Origin: an uncultured bacterium
GTDB lineage: Bacteria > Fidelibacterota > Marinisomatia > Marinisomatales > Marinisomataceae
Assembly (NCBI GenBank): GCA_943841495.1
Contig: CALSYL010000003.1
Location: forward strand, 283,294-347,293
Length of the DNA stretch: 64,000 nucleotides
Direction of reading: 5' to 3'
Position numbers and translations under genes: made by a program
In this document: one piece after another, positions 58,860 to 64,000 of the stretch
Layout: every line of letters starts with the position of its first letter
Position numbering within the stretch: position 1 is the stretch's first letter
Notes under the pieces: model-generated
Told to the model about the DNA's origin: nothing
Databases searched by the model: none
What the model saw: the letters and a program-made list of their open reading frames with translations, nothing else

Positions 58860-60473
58860 ATGAAACGTTTTTTAATACTATTAAGTATTGTATGGTTAGC
58901 AACATGTGGTGGTGGTGGCGGCTCTCCCACAGAACCTAAATTACAACTTCCTTCAGTTCAAAACATAGCTTTTACTGTTGAAGAAGATTCTTCGGCAACA
59001 TTTTCTTTTTTAGGAACTGATCCATTATCTCAAACATTGACTTATTCTTTATCTTCTCAACCACAAAATGGACAAATCCAAATTAATGGTAGTTCAGCTG
59101 TTTATACGCCAAATCATAATTTTAATGGAGTTGATACCTTCGCATATTTTGCTACCAATGCTGATGGTAATAGTAATATCGGATCAATTGTTGCAACTAT
59201 TTCGCAAGTAGATGATGAACCATCAAACTTCTGATATTACTGCAACAACAAATGAGGATGAGTCAATAGACATTACTATGAATTTAATTGAGGTAAGATG
59301 GAGATAATATTCTATTTACCATCATTGACAACCCCTTCAAATGGAACAGTATCTTTTGCTGGAGCTATTGCAACTTATACTCCAAATCAAAATTGGTATG
59401 GTACAGATACTTTTACTTTTCAAGTTGAAGATTCTAATGCAAGAAAAATTTTAAATTCTGCTACTGCAACTATTATAGTGAATTCAGTCAATGACGCTCC
59501 AGAGGTAGCTAATGTTAGTGCGTCAGTAAATAGTCGACAAAGCTTTAACAGTGAATCAGTAGATATTAATCTAGAAGGAACAGATGTAGAAGGAGATGAA
59601 TTAACATTTAGTATTGTTAATGATGTTTCGAATGGTTCAACTTCGCTATCAGGGTCGATAGTTACCTATACCCCAAATGCGAATTATGATGGAACTGATA
59701 CATTTACCTACAAGGCTAATGATGGTCAATTAGATAGCAATACTGCATCTGGTACAATCACTGTCACTGATATTAATCCAGCTATATCTTTTTCAGCGAC
59801 ACCTACCACAGGTACAAAAGATTTAAGGGTTGTATTTACAAATAATTCAACGAATTATTCATCCGTATTATGGGACTTTGGCGATGGTGCTACAAGTACA
59901 GATGATAGTCCAGTTCACATTTATAGCAATAATGGGATATATGATGTCACTGTAACATTAGACAGTGATTTAGGATCTACATCTCAAATATTTGAAGATT
60001 ATATTGTTGTAGATAACATTTCTTTACCAGCTCTAATTGTAGATCCGAAGTATAATTATACGTCAGTAGGAAAAAATGTAACCGTACAGCTTAACGTTTT
60101 AGGAGTTACAGATCTTACTTCTGCACAGATGATTCTAAATTATTCAACAAGCGATTTGACTTTAAATAGTGTTGTAGCTGGAGATTTTTTAAAGGGCAAT
60201 ACTGCTCCAATGTTTATATCAGAAGAGACAGATGACAGCGCAAATAATTCAACTAGCTTAAAAATATTTACTTCAACGCTTTCAGCTGATAAACCTAGTG
60301 TTTCAGGAGATGGAATTTTGGCAACTTTAAACTTTACCATTGAATCATCCGCTCAAGATGATATTATTTCTATTTTATCTTTTGATGAGATTGCTTCCCA
60401 AATTTTGCTTGATATTAATGGAGATCAAATAACAACAGAACAAACAGTAGATGGATACTTTATCAATGAATAA
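58860..60473 (+). pseudogene. surface lipoprotein: three tandem ~95-aa cadherin-like repeats, PKD, cohesin-like domain; three frame disruptions
   Basis: Lipobox WLATCGGGGGS; repeats ending VDDEP / VNDAP / TDINPA with YTPNxN(F/W/Y)xG(V/T)DTF cores; PKD hallmark WDFGDG; cohesin-like VGKNVTVQLNVLGVTDLTSAQMILNYSTSDLTL...GDGILATLNFTIESS. Repeat 2 is readable only by switching frames at about 59221-59229, 59294-59304 and 59333-59337. Confidence 0.7.
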
Positions 60474-63400
60474 AAAAATAATTGTAATATTAACCCTGGT
60501 CTTGAATTTAGTTTTTGCTCAAACAGATACAGATAGTGATGGATTTGCTGATGATGTTGATAATTCTCCTTTGCATTGGAACCCTTTTCAGGAAGATGTG
60601 GATGGGGGATGGAATTGGAGACTGGTCTGACCCATCAACTATCAGGGTGTCATTATCAGAGTCTTACGCATCACATGTTGTATCATTAACTGATAAAATC
60701 AATGCTGCTTTTAAAAGAGATTTACAGCGAAGATAGAACAATAGTTTCTCTTGAGTTTAGAACAAGTGGACGATCCTAATGGTCATATATCTACTAATGC
60801 ATCCTCTTATGAAATTTCGGCAAGCGATGTCTCTTTGCTTAATTTTGACACAAAATATTTATATGATTATGAATTGTCTGTCACTAATAAATCTTCTTCT
60901 TCAGCGGAAGCCGTTGATACGCTTCAACTTAGAATATATTTAGAAGGACAATCGCGAGCAATCACCGACCAATCGAACAACAACAATTGTAAGAACAGGT
61001 TTAACAGAAAAATTTGTATATGGATCCTTTTGCTGATCCTAATGCTGAACCACAATTTGGAGACTTGAATGTAATGTGGAGAGCTCCTGGATTTGGGGAA
61101 AATCAAGCATTTTATGGAGATATAAATGGCGATGGGTTAACAGACATGATTTTTGGTGACTATAGGGTAAATTATTTTGGAAGAAACTTTAACATTCACC
61201 AGCTTGCGAATCCAGTGTATATGATTAATAATGGCAATCTTAACTTTGATGGACGTTACAATAATTTTGAAAATAAAACAATTTTTCACTCACCCAATAT
61301 GGCTGTCGAAGCGGATTTGAATGGCGATGGTATTGATGAGATATTAAATTTTGGAGAGCATTATCATACAAATTGGCCACCTCATCATCCACATTGGAAT
61401 TACATTAAGAAGTGGATGGACTCAAGAGGTTTAGTATTTAATCAAGACTATAATGATGATAGTCAAAAAAAGCTCAGATATTTTTCATACGATAATACTG
61501 GTCTTGTAGATCAATACAGTAAAATTACACATGGAGCAACACCAAATTCTTCTGATGGTTCATTTTTCCTTTCAATGTATGCGAGTGGTGTTGGTGATAT
61601 CGATGGAGATGGAGATAATGACATTATAAGTACTGGCTATTCATCTGTTTCATCAACAGGTAGGTGGTTTATGATACTTGAAAATGATGGTAATGGAAAT
61701 TTTGATTCAACTTATAGAGAAACCCAATTTGATTCTGCTCAAGGACATCTTGTAGTGCACGATGTTACTGGAGATGGGTTAAGCGATGTCGTACTTGGAT
61801 TAAGACGTTACCATCTACAGGAAGCTACGATTACAATTTGGCTTTAATTAAAGGCAATTCTTCAGGAGATTTCGATACAGATATTAGCGATATAGTTGTG
61901 CTAGATAAGGTTCATCCTAAATTAATGGTGAGAAATGTTTATGTTGAGGATATAAATGAAGATGGTTCAGAAGAAATTATAGCTTATTATACTGGTGGTT
62001 ATGGAGGAAAACAACCAAGGAGTAGCTGATAATGAAATTCCAAATCAAGTAAAAATTTATGAAATAGTAGATGAATCTCAGGGTTATGTGAATGATATAA
62101 CCTCCTCATTTTTTATCAATAATGAAGATGAAATGAATTTCTATGCTCAATCCGCATTTTTGCGTTTACAGGATATTGATTTAGATGGTCATTTAGACTT
62201 AGTTCCTTCATTTAGGCTAGAACCCTATGAAGATTATCCTCAAAATGCTTATAGAGGAGATTGGAATGATTCAAGAGGATTTCAATTTTTCAAATTTTAT
62301 CCACATCTTGGAAAATTTAAAGTAGTTGATCTAGGGCGTTTTTAAGTCTTTTACAAATAACTTCCCACATTATAATGCCTACGATATGGAAGATTTAAAT
62401 GGAGATGGCTCTTTAGAATTTATTCATGTTACTGATGGACAAGGGGTGTTTGTCTATGAATATGATTTTGGCAATTATTGTGGAGATTCTGGAAACGGAC
62501 AAGCTTCCTTTAGAATAAATAATTTAGAAAATGATAATTATTCAAAAAGTTTGACAGAAATATCATTAACCCCATATTTTGATTGTGCTAGTTTTACTCC
62601 TGTAAAATATTTTATGGCTGTTGGAGATTCTCAAACCAATACTACAAATATCTTAGATTGGACCGAAGTTAATCTGAATGATATAAATCTGAATTTAAAT
62701 ATCTCTTTAAATGACCATACCGAATACTTCGTTAGTTTAAAAGCAGAAAATTCTGGCGCAGATAACAATGACATCATTACACAGTCGTTTACTACCTATA
62801 AAAAATTATTAGGAGATTCAGATAATGATTGGGATCTAGATATTAATGATTTAAACGCTTTTGTCAATGCTTGGCCAGGGATTGATATAGGGCCAGCTTC
62901 AGGAGCTGCTCCTTACATGATGCCTAGTCTTGATAATAAAAGTGACGTATTTGATATGAATGTATTTACACGAAATTGGTTGTGGAGCTCATCAAGCAGG
63001 GAATTTGAGCGTATAAATACCAATACTACTTCAACGAATGAACATAATATCGAGTTTTTAAAAGATTGAAAATAAGATTTCTATTATCATTCCAAATGAT
63101 ATTACTAGTGGACGAATTCAAATTGATAAGTCAGATGTGAATACTAAATACAAAATTGAAAATAATATTGGAAATATGTTATTATTACAAGATGATCATG
63201 AATTTTATCAAATCTCTTTTGGAAATCTTTCTAAAGCTGATGGTTTAGTAGTTATTGAGGTTGTTAACGGAACAATTCCTGACGAATTATCTATTCAATC
63301 TTTTAAAATTGATGGATCTACTGCAAGCAATAAAATAATATTATCTAAATCGGAAAATAATTTCCTTTACCAGAACTATCCAAACCCATTTAGCAAAGAA

Positions 63401-63634
63401 ACATCTATTAAATTTAACTTAACAGAAGAGAGTGATATTGAAATTTTAATATATGATGTAAGAGGAAGAGTAGTAAAAACTTTTGATGAAGGTATAAAAG
63501 TTCCAGGTCCACATGAACTGATTTGGGATGGTACAAATGAAGAGGGTGATAAAGTTTCTAGTGGGATTTATTTTTATCAATTAAGATCAAAAAATTATAC
63601 CAAAGCCAGAAAAATGACTTTAATTAAAAACTGA
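60466..63634 (+). pseudogene. T9SS-sorted surface protein: TSP3-like repeat, seven FG-GAP blades, dockerin-like segment, Por C-terminal domain; about nine or more frame disruptions
   Basis: Signal peptide MNKKIIVILTLVLNLVFAQ from ATG 60466; DTDSDGFADDVDN...DVDGDGIGD; FG-GAP cores GDINGDGLTD, ADLNGDGIDE, GDIDGDGDND, HDVTGDGLSD, EDINEDGSEE, QDIDLDGHLD, EDLNGDGSLE; GDSDNDWDLDINDLNAFV; C-terminal FLYQNYPNPFSKETSIKFNL...GIYFYQLRS. Eight ORF-track fragments are joined by hand translation. Confidence 0.7.
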
Positions 63635-63642
63635 GGGCAATT

Positions 63643-64000
63643 ATGAAAAAACTCTTAATCATATTCATCCACTTGCAACATTGATCTGGACCTGCTCTTC
63701 ACCAACCAAGAGTGAACCAGCTCCACAACCACCAACCGTAAACAACTTAAGTATTACAACGAACGAGGATACTCCAACAACCTTTACCATGACTGGGTCG
63801 GATCCAGAAGGCGCAGCCTTAACCTTTAGTGTCTCAACTCAACCGCAGAATGGAACGGTCACTGCAAGTGGTGCAGCTGGAACCTATACTCCCAATGAAA
63901 ACTTTAATGGAACTGATACCTTTGCCTATATTGCAAGTGATGGTGCTCTTAGCAGTACGCTGGTCTTGTATCAGTAACTGTCACCGCAGTAGATGATGAT
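63643..64000 (+). pseudogene. second tandem-repeat surface lipoprotein, 3' end outside window, at least two frame disruptions
   Basis: MKKLLIIFI (ATG 63643) stops after 13 codons; the next frame continues HPLATLIWTCSSPTKSEP...NEDTPTTFTMTGSDPEGAALTFSVSTQPQNGTVTASGAAGTYTPNENFNGTDTFAYIASDG; after about 63950 a third frame reads YAGLVSVTVTAVDDD. Confidence 0.6.

Noticed and set aside
58905-58922. GGT/GGC run as a possible microsatellite
   Set aside because: It simply encodes the Gly5 linker after the lipobox Cys (CGGGGGS). A similar Gly run occurs in mrdA at about 8926-8943.
60595-60615. Possible programmed ribosomal frameshift at the G5 run
   Set aside because: There is no slippery heptamer or downstream structure. 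The same gene needs many further frame changes in both directions, which no programmed mechanism explains.
58635-64000. Integrated mobile element at tRNA-Val
   Set aside because: No integrase, transposase, phage or conjugation gene was seen, and no repeat of the tRNA 3' end, within the part visible here. It is treated as a hypervariable surface-protein island rather than a mobile element.
1-64000. CRISPR arrays, rRNA genes, riboswitch-sized leaders
   Set aside because: No spaced direct-repeat arrays or rRNA-like segments were seen. Intergenic gaps are almost all too short to hold structured leaders. A covariance-model scan would be needed to exclude small ncRNAs.

Overview
This is an AT-rich, very gene-dense bacterial chromosome segment (roughly 30% G+C by eye, not computed). 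Nearly all genes lie on the + strand, with short or overlapping junctions. All product calls rest on motifs read by hand from the translations; no searches were run.

Lineage: a PorV-like outer-membrane protein, a Por-secretion (T9SS) C-terminal sorting domain, a GWxTD protein and BamD suggest a streamlined marine FCB-type organism, possibly Marinimicrobia-like. Taxonomy cannot be proven from this window.

The backbone is housekeeping:
- trxB (5' partial) and the full elongasome cluster mreBCD-mrdA-rodA
- glyA and a TRAP transporter with a TatT-like TPR lipoprotein
- bamD, nadD, ftsEX, grpE-dnaJ, rsmD, coaD, icd, obg
- pyrD-like, rlpA, a DAG-kinase-like gene, cdsA
- lysine 6-aminotransferase, rsmI, tmk, an S41 protease and a TPP enzyme
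- tRNA-Ser(GCT) and tRNA-Val(GAC)

Main observations:
1. A seven-gene, translationally coupled operon (43.6-50.3 kb) is headed by an orphan GlmL/MutL-type actin-fold ATPase. It is followed by six unrecognisable proteins, mostly membrane proteins.
2. A surface-protein island lies downstream of tRNA-Val (58.9-64.0 kb). Hand translation shows three large adhesin-like genes with tandem ~95-aa cadherin-like repeats, PKD, cohesin-like, TSP3, seven FG-GAP blades, a dockerin-like segment and a T9SS sorting domain. These genes are broken by about 15-20 reading-frame changes.
3. A second decaying accessory stretch lies downstream of tRNA-Ser (31.8-38.9 kb). It includes a COG3046-type photolyase with three frame disruptions.

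The housekeeping genes, which are equally homopolymer-rich, are all intact. The frame disruptions are therefore non-random: either real gene decay or assembly or coverage problems confined to hypervariable regions. No CRISPR array, rRNA, integrase or transposase was seen.
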